Below, one piece after another: positions 35,586 to 48,270 of a stretch of DNA of 64,000 nucleotides; the first letter of the stretch is position 1; every line of letters starts with the position of its first letter. The stretch is taken from NCBI GenBank assembly GCA_017654855.1, contig CM030338.1:1178001-1242000 (forward strand), read 5' to 3'. Origin of the DNA: Podospora anserina (lineage: Eukaryota). Made by a program: the position numbers and the translations under genes. Below the pieces are notes generated by a model. It saw only the letters and a list, made by a program, of their open reading frames with translations. It was not told the DNA's origin and searched no databases.

Positions 35586-37310
35586 CTATCGGTGTGCAGC
35601 TTGGCCTGTGTCTTTTTGTGGCCGCGTCGCATCAAGAGCGACCAATTAATTGGTGGGGAAGCCTGTTCGCTGGTTGCGGTAGAAAGCGACTTGGGTCTCC
35701 CGGCAAAAATGGCATGATGGAGCAAGTCTCGTGCTATCTTGCCTGAACCTCCAGATGTTCATCCTGCTCGCTTCAGCACGTGCAAAATGCTCGACATCAT
35801 CACCAGACCCTAAGAAGTGTTAAGCTTCGCATTAAGCTAATCTGCAGGCCCGTCATTGCCATCGTGGCCATATCTCTATGGTCATGGCCATTTTATAACA
35901 GTCGACGGGAACATTGCGTCTTCTTGGTTTGCAGGTGGGAAGTGGGATGGGTAGACCTTGAAGGGGAAGAACAGGCGGGTTATCTCCTCCGGGGATGTCA
36001 CCAGACGACAAGCGGTGTGCCATGCGGCAGTTCTTGTCAGTTCATGATGGGTTTTTTTATCAAAAGCAACGTGAAGAACATGTCAAGATGACTGTAAATT
36101 CTCGTCAGTTCCGGGTGCCCTTTACCTTCACTCGTTTGAGTTATGTTTAACCGTCCAAGATAACCTGTTACATAGACTTCAAAGTCATTATTTTCATCTG
36201 ATCTCAAGAATTTCAGCCCCGCAACCGAGATCCGGGGAACGGTGGTGGATCCGGAGTGCCAAGATCAAATTCTCGGACGACATTTGCCGTGTTTCTAGGC
36301 CAATGGATCCGGGGCCGAGTTTCTATTTTCTTTCCCCGAGCCTCAGGGGGATCGGGTACTTTTCATCTGTGAACAGCTGTATCCTGGGCACATACTCAAA
36401 ATCAACTTCAAATAAGAGAGAAAGGCTGTTCAAACAGACCCCAAGTACACCAAGAAAAAGGTGATTGGGTTGCACACCTCATCTCCTATTCTTTAAGTGA
36501 GTGTTTTAATTTCCTTCTGAGTCCAAACTGGGAACAGCATCTGTATTACAAGCTGATGAGTATGAAAAGGCGAACGAATGTACTCAACGAATAGAAGTGC
36601 TGAAGGTGGCTAGATATACATGAGGCCTGTCAAAAGCATGGTGGTAAGCAAAGCAGAGAAAGGGAAGAACAGAGGTAATGGAACAAGGTTGCTAAGCTTC
36701 CGCAAGCATTTAAACAAAAAGGGGAAACCTCTCCCACCTACAAGCAACACATGCCGCCATGTGTCAAGGCTGCGCCTTCCCCCAATCCCCAACACCATCG
36801 CTCCTTCCCTCACTGCCCTCACTCGCTCCTTCCCTTCCCGGGGAGATAAGTTCCCTTTCCAAGACAGCATTTCCAACCAGGGACGCCTGGGGAGGGGCAT
36901 ATGGCTAAGTGGTATTAGGAGATGCCCGAAACAGTTACGGATCCAGGAGCCTAACAAAATATTCAGCGTCGAAGTGAACCCCGAGTTCGAACCAATGACA
37001 TGGCGTCAAAGTCTTTTGATTTTTTTGTAGATTTCTTTTCGCAAAAGTAAACAATACCCCCTTTCCACGTCTCTTTCTTTTTGTAACCACTTTACATTTT
37101 TATTACGACTTCCTTCCCGCCAACTGCCTTCTCGTCTACTGTTGTCTTGTGACTATTTCCCAATATGTTCATACCCATCGTTGAGCCATCACCACCATCA
37201 AACAACGACAACAAGCTGCAACGATGATGAGCGAGCAGGAACGGAGCAGGCATCTCGAGTCCTAGCAAAGAACACGATCATGTATATTATTATACCAACA
37301 AACCTCCTCC

Positions 37311-39594
37311 TCAAGTCGGTCCCATAGGCCCCATAAACGCCGGCGAAGTAGACGTATTCGTGAAGCTCCAATCAAAATCATCCATAAACACACTCCAGTC
37401 AAACCGTTGAAACGGATCCGCCAGTCCCAAATCCGCATTTGCCGTCGGTCTCGGTCCTTCATCTATTCAAACACCCTCGGTTAGCATCTCCTCATATTGT
37501 TCTTCTGTTTTTGGTCGTCCAAACTCACCAACCCTCTCAACCCCTCCCACATTCACATTGTTATTTTCCACCTTCTTCCCCCCATCCTCACCCCCCTCCG
37601 TCCCCCCAGGCCCAATCACCCCCCTCCCACTATCCCTTGCATCCTCCACATCCCTCTTCCACCTCCTCAAGCAATCAAACGTCAAGCTCGCCCCCAGACG
37701 ATGTGTATACACGCTCACCCCCGTCCTGCACCAGTGATTCGACCTTTTTCTCATATCCCAGTAACTTTCCAGCATGCTCGCACATCTCACATGCAAGTCC
37801 CCTTCTTGCACAGAACATATCCTCAGCGCTCTAATCGCTTCCTTGATCAGCGCGTCAACAGTGTCTGCCTGAAACCCCTTGGTATAAGAAGACAAATGAA
37901 CCCTCATCACCACGCAGATCGCCGACAAAAGAGTCCGAAACACAAAGTGAGGAGCGTAGTGCAGAAAGGCTGTTTCCCGGTGTAGTCTCGAGGCCGCTTG
38001 GTGGATAAGGGATTCGGCCGTGGTGTAGCATTTGATGAGGTTCCTTTTGAGGAGTTCGGGGTTGTAGCCGGGCAAAGGCATGAAGTAATAAGTTTGGATC
38101 TCCAGGAGGGTAGACAAAAGGGTGAAATGGTCGAGGTCTGTTACCTGTTAGCTTTGTGTCGTCGACACCACCACATACAGCAAAAACTGCGTACCTGAGT
38201 TGTCTGGATACAACAGCCTCTGAACCTTGGTGTACTCCTCCTCCATGTACGCCACCAAGTGATGGCTCACCCCCTGAGCTTCCTCCAGCGAAGCACACAT
38301 GGTCCTGCTCACCCGGTTCGCAAACCGCGCTGTTTCCAAATGCAGGTAAAAATACCTGGGTAGTGGAAACTGACTGCTGCCATCGAGCAACTGGTCGACT
38401 GTCTTGTTGAACAATGAACTAGCTGATGGGCAGCCCATGTATGCCGACACCCGATGAGAGATGATGGCACATCCCGCCCAAGTAAAAGTAGCCTCTTCGT
38501 CTGTCGTGTCATTCACCTCGGTGGCATGCTTGAACTCCGAATGGGTTCCCCTGCCGGTATGAAGTCCCATCAAGAAGGACGAGTTCATTGCTATCCCTGC
38601 AAAGATCATTGATGGATCCGACAAAAACCTGATTGTGGGAAAGGGCCATGTTGCTAGTAGCAATACAGCGTTGATGACTGATAGATCTAGTGGCGGTTGT
38701 GAGATGGCGCTCCATATTTGTGGCAGTAGGGAGTCGATCAGAAACCGAGAGGCGGTGTCGTCCCGGGAGAACCGGCGGCAGGCGGTCATGATGATGGCCC
38801 AAAAGAGGACCTGCCCTCGTTGGTAGCATGCATTTGGGTCTTTGGTGCGAACTATTGGGAGGTAGGGGTGGAAGTGCTCAAAGTACTTTTCAAAGTAGTA
38901 GTCTATGTCTTCCCCTGAAAAGACTCGAGACCCGAGTGCCCTTGGCTCGGCAGGGTGCTGAGTGTGGCAAGTTGTCGATGGGACATTGCTACCTGCTGGT
39001 GTAAGTGGTGGTGGTACAACAGCATTTTCGCTAGAGGCTGAGCAGAGCCTGGGCCGGCCGAAGACGGTGCTGCTACTGGCGTTACTGGCACTGATACTGG
39101 TGGTTGACAGAGACGGTATATAACTGGGCTCGGTGGAAATAGACTGGGCTCGTAGGTGGAGATGGGTGGGTTGGTGATGCTGGTGAAGATCAAGAATTGG
39201 GCGGGGAGCTACCACGGCGTCCTTGATATTCTGCACTTCAGCAGCCAGTTCTTCCAGTTTACTGTGTGAGTGAATGCCGATGGTTAGTCTTGGATACTAA
39301 GCTGAGTCGAAATTCATGTTACCTCCTCCTCGACGTCCGCTTATGACTTTTATCCACCACGCATTGGAGCTCGAGCTTGGAGCATCGTAGACATGGCTGG
39401 CCCGAGGCAGAGCTGGCATTACAGCGCACTTTGGCATCCCGGCACCGCACACAGGCGGTATTGCGTCTTATGCGTGCGTGTTCAGTGATCTCACTTGGGC
39501 GTGTCGGTCCCGGAATGTCTCGGGTGTTTTCGGGAAACTGAGGCTGGGATGGTTCGACCGGAGAGCATCTGCTGGTGTTCTCTTGCTGTGCCAT
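37311..39594 (-). CDS. Zn(II)2Cys6 transcription factor with fungal middle homology region (Leu3/Sef1-like); introns 39322-39262, 38194-38138, 37528-37463
   Basis: ACVRCRDAKVRC...PCLRCSKLELQC cluster, YFEHFHPYLPIV, MGLH motifs, acidic-aromatic C-terminus DPFQRFDWSVFMDDFDWSF after splicing. Confidence 0.88.
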
Positions 39595-42500
39595 GATGGC
39601 GAATAATCTGGGGTAGCACACAGCGGTGGTGGTGTTTCCGTCGATTCAAGGAGGTGAGGTTACTGGAGACAGCAGAAACACATCTCGCCATCCCATGATT
39701 GAAAACCAAAGGGGCCCTGGCATTGTCAACAGCAACATCCTCGTGATGAGGAGGCAACAGCGTCTGAAAGCGCGCGAGATCTCGAAGCAATTGCGTGCAC
39801 CCGCCTACAGCGAACTCGGCGCCAGATGCATACTAGTCCGCCCGGGTCTCTTTGGCAGTTGCACCCTGCCGTAGCCCGAAGCGGTAGGAAGCATGCACCC
39901 CCCCATTCCGTCTTCTGGCCGGTGCTCCTTGCCGGACTGCATCCGATCTTCTGAGGTTATATAAGGTAGGTAGACTGCCTCATCTTCCACGTAGGTATAT
40001 ATAAAACTCTCTGGCCATTTCCTCTTTGCTATCAGAGCTACAAAAAGCAAGTCTTTGAAGAAGAAAGCTCCTCGTAGGGCAGACATCTTCAACGGTTAGC
40101 GGAGTTCGCTCGTCCCCTAGCGGCTCCCCCACCCGCTACCTAAGCTTAACGGCAAGTGGGGTGCAGATGCCAAGCCATCATGTCTCTGTGTAAGTCGTCA
40201 CTTCAGTCCAGTGAAAGCCCTCTTCCGTTGCAACGGGCGGGCAAAACAACCCGACTCGGGGGACTAGTTCGCTGACGAAAGCCTTATGGACCAATTATTC
40301 TCACTGTAAAGGGTCTTATCTCCGTGGTGGTGGTGCTCAGGGTCTAACGACACAATGCATATTTACGACAAAGGACCCTCTTATCAAACAACAACGGTCT
40401 TGGATGGCGTTATCCAGGCTAACCCAAACAATTGCTAAACGGCCGGTATACCCTCTCACATTTGTAATCAATCTTATCTGATTTCATGACAGGTCCTACA
40501 TCTCATAACACAGCCACAATCAGGTCGATGAAGAGGACTTAAGAAGACACCTCAATAGCGATTTCGGAGGGGGTCTTGGGTTGGAGATGAACATGTGAAG
40601 TAAGACAGCGGCTTACCAAAGACTATTCGTATTATCATCCAAGCATTCTGTCTCATAGTTTCGAATCTTATCAGAAAGCGACATCTCATTTATCAACTCA
40701 TTCAACGTCTTCTTATATACTTTAAGCAAATAATCTTGATCGCAAATACAAGAAACTCAGTGGCCAAAGATCACAAGTGAGATATGCAGTTCGCATTTTG
40801 ACGAAGATAAATACAAATACTACGAAGGAAGTGTCTTACGGTTCATCATATGCTTATGTTCAAGACAGCAGAGTCTCACAACAAAGCCCCGTAGCATCGT
40901 CATCAACGTTGGCTTCTACAAGCCCGGTTTATGACCGTGTGCTCTGAATTGTGTTGATTGTATTGTCTTCCCAGGCTTCAGTCGACTTTCTAGATCTATA
41001 TCAAGGGATGCTCGGACGCTAGGCTGATACAACTTAGAGGAAAGACCCTTGATAAAGCCCTCGTCCTAGTAGAAACATACAGTGACAGCGGAAGGACATC
41101 GTGGCTGTAACCTGTTGTCCCTTCCAGGGCTTTCATGTACTCACCCAACAGCAACTTTTGATCTTCTGATACAGCATGTCTACGAGTGAAGTATAAATAA
41201 AGTATCAAAGCCATTGTCTTTCTCTGATAAATATGCAACCTCTCCCAATCATCGCATCCAGTCACCTACATGTAGGCCTCATCAACCAACAGTCCTCATA
41301 CTACTCTCATGATCACAACTGCGACTCATGGTCCTCAAGAGGCCTCTCACTGAACTACCTCTATACACACCTCCTAGCCCCTTCTAGAAGCCCTTACCGA
41401 TCATCCTAGTGCCATCACAATCTCTTGCTCAGATCACGGGAGCAACCTTCATCACTTTTCCTTCCGTAGTGCCTCCCGTAGTTCTATCCACACCTCGGAT
41501 CACCACACGGACACTTTTCCCTCTTCCAGCCGCCCACCCCTTAATCTCTATCCGTCGCCCTTAGCTTCAACAAGCCTTCTTGACAATCCACCTCCCCACC
41601 AACAATGCCCATCGATGATGTGATCTCCGCCCTCTTTTCTCTCCCCACTGTTTCCAACCTCCTCATCCTGATGAATCCACAAGCCTAACAACGCACAACC
41701 CCTGCCAAGAATCAACCGTTCTTTTCAACCTCGGAAATTGAGCCGAAAGAAGCATTCTGTTCAAGCGCTACTCTTTTAGCGTGGACGTGTTGCTGACTTG
41801 CGCTAATCCGTAAAGATATGGTCAGCTTCATGCGTTTCTTTTGACTTGTACAAAGTCAATGCTGGCAAAAAGAGAAAAAAAAAGACATGGATGAGGCATT
41901 GACAATGAGGGAAATCTTCTCCCATCTTTGCCATGTGCTTCCATGCAGGCTGATTTTGAGATTCATGCGTGCTTTTTTGCCATTCTTGGGTGGCAACAAC
42001 GGAGGAACTTTGTCAAGTTGGGTACCGTCAACGGCATCGGTATATCGGAGCATCAAGTTACAGCAACGACGACCGAGTCTAGACCCCCTCGCCCGGCCTA
42101 ATCGGCGCTCCGGGGAGGCGGATATCGCCGGTTTCTTGTCAACTATCGTCACCAACGGTCCGAGCGGTCTGATGACACCACGGTCTTCCCTGTGGGAAAT
42201 CCTACCTGTCAAATGAAGCCTGGGGATTTCCCTCCAGGATCTCTACTACCTGTCCCCCTTCTTCTTTTGGGCGGCTTCAAGTTTCAGACGTTGGTAGATC
42301 GTAGAGTTCATCCAGCCCTGCCGAGGAATGGGGCACAAGCAAACACCTTCCAACAAGGTGATCCCAACAAGCTCTGTCCCAGGAAGAGATGCTCCCGTGA
42401 TCGTAGAAAAACCAGAACAAAATTCTTAACCCATCTTTCGCCTCCCCCGCGTAGACGTCTCCTTCCTCATGATGTCAGTCCTCGCCATAGTATCCTGACA

Positions 42501-45500
42501 GCCCATTCATCATCCGATACCATGACTAAACCGACCCCCTCATCAACAATGCCCTCCCTCCTGCTGTCAAGTTTCGAAATGTTCTTCTCCCGCCCGCCGC
42601 CGCCGCCGCCGCCGAATGGTGGAGTACTCCGCTCTTCTTTTCGAACCCCGGGTGATCCCAGCTTCTTGTCATCCGTGCCAACCATCCCACCCCTGCTCCG
42701 TGTGTATACCCCCGGCTGCCCAGAAGCGGACGGACCTACCGGGTGCAAAATGCTACGCTTTGAACATCATCAACCAAAATTTTGCGCACGGTGTTCAGGT
42801 ACGCGCGCCCGAATGCTCCTTCATACATGTGAGCACACTGCTGCGGGTTCCCGAGGGGTCGGAATAGGGCTCGCGCGGCGGACGGGTGGACGGACGCGTT
42901 CAGAAGGTGTTCCTTTTCAGCGGGGAAGGCCAGCCAAGAAAAGGGGGAAAAGGCAGAAGAGAAAAGAAGAAGAAGCTGAACTTGAACCAAGACCGTCTCA
43001 TCACGGGGTCATATGTCACGAGGAGTGATGTGGTCACGTCTCCGATGCCGAATGCGAAGAACCTGTTGGCAGCAACAGCAGATCGGGTTGATGGATACGG
43101 AGTATGACCACCACAGCGCGCCCGACCTAACCGGCAAAAAGAAACAAACAAGGAGCTCTGGTGAAAGATCTACCGTCGTAGTAGGTTGCTGGCCATCGCG
43201 AGAAAAGAAAGATGCCTCTTGAATCGTGAATGTCGCAGCCCTGTGAGACGAGTGCAACCTCTCCTCAACTGCCGTTTCTTCCGTTTTCGTCTTTGATCAT
43301 GACACCCAGCCTCCCCGAGTTGGCGATAGCTAGCAAAAAGGCTATCAGCCGACCCGTAGTTGAACTCCTCGCCAGTTGCTGTACCGAGATCGGGAATGTG
43401 ATTTCCCAGCTTTGCCTTGCTTTCCCAATCTATCTCAAACCCGGCGAGAAACAACCTCAACCCAGGCAGGGCGTCAAAGGCAATAGCTTTCTGTCTCTTG
43501 AAACCCAGGCGTCAAGACATCATTGATCTCTAGTGTAAACTTCCACCCTCCCTTCTGCTCAACAACAATCCTTTGTCTTTCATTTCCCTTCCTCTTCCCA
43601 CTCATGATGTGGTGACCATTGTACGAAACCCACAAGCCAGTCCAGACCAGAAAGACCTTCCAGAAGAACCTCTGACAATCTCTTGGCCCTGTTTCATCTT
43701 ATTCCCCCCCTGCCAACCCCTGACAAAAAGAGCGACCCACCAGCAGTCAACGGCGCTTGTTTCGAACAAGGTGCATCCACGCGAGGGGGAGGGGGCGGGG
43801 GGAAGTCCACAACAAAAAACCACCACCAGACTGAATTGGGGAAGAATCCATTGTCTTTGAAGAAGACGACGAAGAAGAAAACGAAGAAGAGGTCCGAGCA
43901 ACAACATCCATCTCCACGCATCACCAGTTCAGCTTGTTGGAAGTGTTGATGATGAGAAGGTTACAATGTGATATGATGCGATACGCCGTTCCTGCGTAAG
44001 GTCACATTCAGCACCCCCCGGGGCCTACAGATCCTCCGTACCAATGCGTTTAATGTTGCCTTTTTGTATTTTCTCGCTGGTTCTTAGTACAACCCCTCCA
44101 TCGAAAACCAAGCGGTCAAGTCAACCTGCTCTGCCGAGGGCGACATTGACAATGGCGACGAAGACAGCCTGCATCCAGGAACACCAATCACACCCGCAGC
44201 TCATCAACAGCCGCTGGATTTGAATGTCAATGTTTCAGCAAGAAAACTCGTGCAACCTCAACCCCCCTTTTCTTGCTTTTGTGTTTCAGATCCCTCGCTT
44301 TCTCTCTCTTTGAGAAAATCCTCATATTCGGATGAACTGTGGTTGTTTTCTGGCGGGATGTTTCGACACTGAGGTTTTGGACTCAACCCCGCCGACAAAC
44401 ATTACTGTTTTCCCCACACAACGCCCGAAAGACTCGGAGTTTGAAAGCCTTGTGTGTCTGTTGATAAGATAACCCCCCAAAGCTGAATGGAGAAAAGCAT
44501 GGTGTATGCTGGGCCGTTCGCTCGCCTATTGTTAGCAACAACGGGTGGGAGCTGATGGCCGCTCTGCAAGACCGCCTACATTTCTCACTCTTCCATAATC
44601 ACCCCCATCTCTCATCAGGCGCTGGATGGAGAAAACAGTCATCTCGTGGCTTCGCAAAGAGACAAGTTCCGAGGTTCGGCGGGTATGTAGGTACGCATGA
44701 GTGCACATAAGATCTCCTCCTGCATGGGGAAAAAAAAAAAAAAAAAAAAGGGGAGGAAGATCCATCCCACCATGGCTGTCCTGTACCTGCATAGCGCTCG
44801 GGAGGAGGCGGGAGGGCGCGGAAATCAGGAGTTGAGAGGTGGTGCACTTTTCACCAGTGTTCTTACCGCCCAGCCAGTGCCAGTACCAGCCAAACCCGAT
44901 GATGTCGTTTTGCTGTACGACCTGTGTCCATCACAACGGGAAAAGGCAACCCCCCCACCTACCCAACCAAGTCCAGGATTTTTGTGAGAAACTGAACGGC
45001 GGGATCTGAACAACTTTGATAGGTAGTTAGAAAAGGAAGCTGTGTTATGGACACACACTCTCGGTCTGCGGCCAGTTCTCTCGACCTTGCCCTATTCTTG
45101 GCCACAAGGAACGAATCGACCAAGCAGGTCACAGCCCAACAGGCCAGGCACAGCGGCACCGCCCACGCCAACGGGAAGACGGCCCAAAGGACGAAAGTTG
45201 TTGAACAACACAACCGGAGAATTTCCAACACTAGAGGGAGCTCCCGCTATTCTGAGGGGACCAATCACAAGCCTGAAGAGCTAGACAGCTCTAGGTCGAT
45301 CAGCATCAGCGCGGGGAAAAAATAAAAAAAAAGACCCAAGCGCGGGCCCCTCTCCTCCAACCGCTCAACACCTGGCTAATCAGCGGTTTTTTGTCGCCAG
45401 CTGGCTGGCTGGCTGGCTAGATGACGAATGCTCTGTAGTGTAGGTAGGCATGACCGTTGTTTATGCTTGAATTTTGTGGTGTGGTCCATTGGGTCCTCGC

Positions 45501-46522
45501 TGGCAATTGCTAGGCTAGCACCGGCAAGGTATTCCGTAGCAGAAGCTCAGCCTGTTTTTCTCCTTTTCTTTCCACTTTTGTGGAAGAGAGAGAGTTCTGA
45601 AACACACACAAGAGATGCGGGAAGCTACCCGTTTTTCGGGGGTTCCCCATCCCATGGTCTTTATACACCCAGCCCTAACCCCGCATAGAGAGGTGTGTAC
45701 TCCGTAGGGATAGCATCACACCACCACCAACTCTCAGGCACCAAAAAGAGAAGTTGTTCTTTGTGTAGGACAGAGAAAGAGAATACTGAAAGCCTTCTCA
45801 TGCCCGTTGGGCCTTGCCCGCTCGGCAAGTTTGTCCGCCGCCTACGGACGGAAGTATTAAGCCTCTGTTACACTTGTGGCCAGAAAAAATACGAGCTTGT
45901 TTCTGTCTGTCTGTTTACTTGGTGAGAAAGACGCCGCCCCAGGCAAGAGCAACTGAACGGGGGGGCCAGATAGTTGATTGGCGGGCTTTGCGGACATAAT
46001 CCATGGTTCTCAGAAACCTATGCGCCACCGTGGCGGCTACGCAACTTCCACAGAGCAAGCAGGGTGCTGGTTCGACAAAGGGCTGCAAACACTTTCCAGT
46101 TGCTTGGATGAGCCGGTGTTAGATCCCCGACGGTTGTTGAACAATATGTTATGCTTGCCATGTTGTGATTGCTGACTGGTGGTTCGTCCTTGTCCTCGAA
46201 CGCCGTTATGGATCTCAACACCAGGGAGGCAAACTGCGTGCTTGATATGGCAACCGAGTAGTCTTGGTAGAAATCCGAAGAGCAGCAGCAGCCAAGAGCC
46301 CTTCCCTACAAGACAACACACCCAAGCCTGACGTCTTGAAGTTGATCAGGCCTTCTGCCCACGACATGGCCGTGTGAACACACCTTGGGGGGGTTCAGCT
46401 GTTAAAGCATACCGGTCATCCGAGCTGTACAGGCTCACCTGCCCCCTGGGCAGCGATACGTGCGTACCGACAGAACAGTCAGTTTAACAGCTGCGCCGTT
46501 GAAATAGAAGCTCTTGGCACAG

Positions 46523-47611
46523 CTAGCCCTCTTGTTTCAGAATATGCCGGTCATGGTGATCAAGCGGACCACTCCATCCCACCGCTCGTTTTTGGTTGCT
46601 GTGTAGAGAGGCACGACCTATATTGTTCCCCCCACATTTTAACACGACGAATGTCACCTCCCCACTGCACGATACATTGGGGTCAACAAAGCCCCCAGCC
46701 TTCCAATCTGGGTGTGCGTCTTCCAAGAGCGGTCCGACAGAGTACCGCCAGCATTCGTACTTGGCGATATACCCAGGGGGAACCAGGGATTGCCGGCGGG
46801 GGTCTCGATCGGAAACAAGGACTTCTGCCGCCGGGAAGGATGAAGCAAAGTGTAAGCCGAGCGAGCTCGGTGAGGCGCCTCCAGACCGCGTGCTCAGAAT
46901 ATCGATCGGTGGCAGACCATTGCCATGCCCATGGTGTGTGTGGTCGGAAAAAGGCACCCTACAGCTTTGACAGCTCCGGCAGCGATGCCGTGTCTGTATT
47001 CGTACACTCAGCAATGATGCGGGATGGATGGATGGCCTTCCCGCAATGATAACTTGCCGGAGCACGACCGAGCCCTCCATCTTTTTTGTCACCAAGGAGT
47101 CCCGTGTTCGGCAAGGTGCGTGTGTGCATTTTTGGCAGCGCGCTGCTGGACAGACGGCTGGAAGGACTGTGAGGCTGACGGCTATTGTGGAGGATGTGTG
47201 TGGTGATGTGCTGACCACGCGGAGGGGGGTGAATCGATACATCAACTGGCAGCACCTGGAAGAAGGGCGTTTGCCAGCAGCTAGCGACGCACCGTTCTGC
47301 GTTGGTGCCAAGCAGAGAACCCCGGCACGGCGACTGTGAGTTATTTCTGAAGCATGTTTCAGAAGTGACCAGGTGGGATTCAAAGACTGTGGCTGGGCAC
47401 TGCCCCTCTGCCCCTCCTGCAGAACCAGGGGGAAGCGCGTCCGTCTGCGGCACGAATTCGTAAACCGCTCTCCAGTTGGGTTGGATATCACGGAGGAGCT
47501 GGTCTGTCTTGTCCTGCGGGGTGGTGTAAAGTTGATGACTTGGACAGGATAAGGTATCTCGACGTTGACTTGTCTTGGCGGTGAGGCGGGCGGCGTCGGG
47601 CTGGTGAACAT
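46523..47611 (-). CDS. Possible orphan ORF (~362 aa), no recognisable domain
   Basis: Longest ORF in a 10.7-kb gene-poor interval, ATG at 47611; no motif or homology support. Confidence 0.2.
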   Translation of the reverse strand: MFTSPTPPASPPRQVNVEIPYPVQVINFTPPRRTRQTSSSVISNPTGERFTNSCRRRTRFPLVLQEGQRGSAQPQSLNPTWSLLKHASEITHSRRAGVLCLAPTQNGASLAAGKRPSSRCCQLMYRFTPLRVVSTSPHTSSTIAVSLTVLPAVCPAARCQKCTHAPCRTRDSLVTKKMEGSVVLRQVIIAGRPSIHPASLLSVRIQTRHRCRSCQSCRVPFSDHTHHGHGNGLPPIDILSTRSGGASPSSLGLHFASSFPAAEVLVSDRDPRRQSLVPPGYIAKYECWRYSVGPLLEDAHPDWKAGGFVDPNVSCSGEVTFVVLKCGGNNIGRASLHSNQKRAVGWSGPLDHHDRHILKQEG

Positions 47612-48179
47612 CAAGGAAGATGAAAAGTCATGATCATGACGAGTTTCCCAGTTGCCACAACCGAGTGTTGATGTGGAAAAGAAGGTGTTCCGTCACACCG
47701 GCCCCTTCTCGGTGCGCAACACCATCAGACTCTTGCTAAGATGGATGCCCATCAGGTCTTTGTCTTATTATTAGCCTGGGAAAGCGCAGTGGTGTGTAGC
47801 CGTTTCTGCCAAATATTCGTGATATCAGAGCTGCCGGCAAGCGAAACAAAGGACGACAATGTCCATGTGAGGCGTTCCTGATGTGGATTGAGCGCTGAGA
47901 GAGAGGGCGATTCAGATGCAAATGATATGATTCAAGCTGTAATTCATCACGCTTCCATTTCCCTCGCCGCCTTTGCCGTATGAGCGCTGACTGTCGTGCA
48001 GATGTGTACAGTAAGGTAACAACAGTGGAGGTCCAACAAGTCGTCGGCATAATACCGAGCAACCCATGTCGAGGGCTGGGTAGCATCGTAATTAGCTGGG
48101 TATTTTTATGAACAGCAATTTGAAGGTCGGGCTAGGTCCAGATGCGCGAGCGACTCAGGCCCGCTGACAAGACAGCCTC

Positions 48180-48270
48180 GGCTCTGTGGCTCTGTGGCTC
48201 TGTGGCTCTGTGGCTCTCTCTCTTCGCGCTCCCACAACCCGCAGCGCCATCCCGCATCCCGCATCCCGCA
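48180..48270 (+). repeat. Tandem (GGCTCTGT)4 and (GCATCCC)3 minisatellite-like repeats
   Basis: Direct reading of sequence. Confidence 0.85.

Noticed and set aside
36960..37010. GGTTCGAACTC B-box-like motif (minus strand) suggesting a tRNA
   Set aside because: No T-arm stem or cloverleaf can be formed around it
42192..43028. 278-aa plus-strand ORF
   Set aside because: Non-ATG start, low complexity, no motif or consistent splice structure
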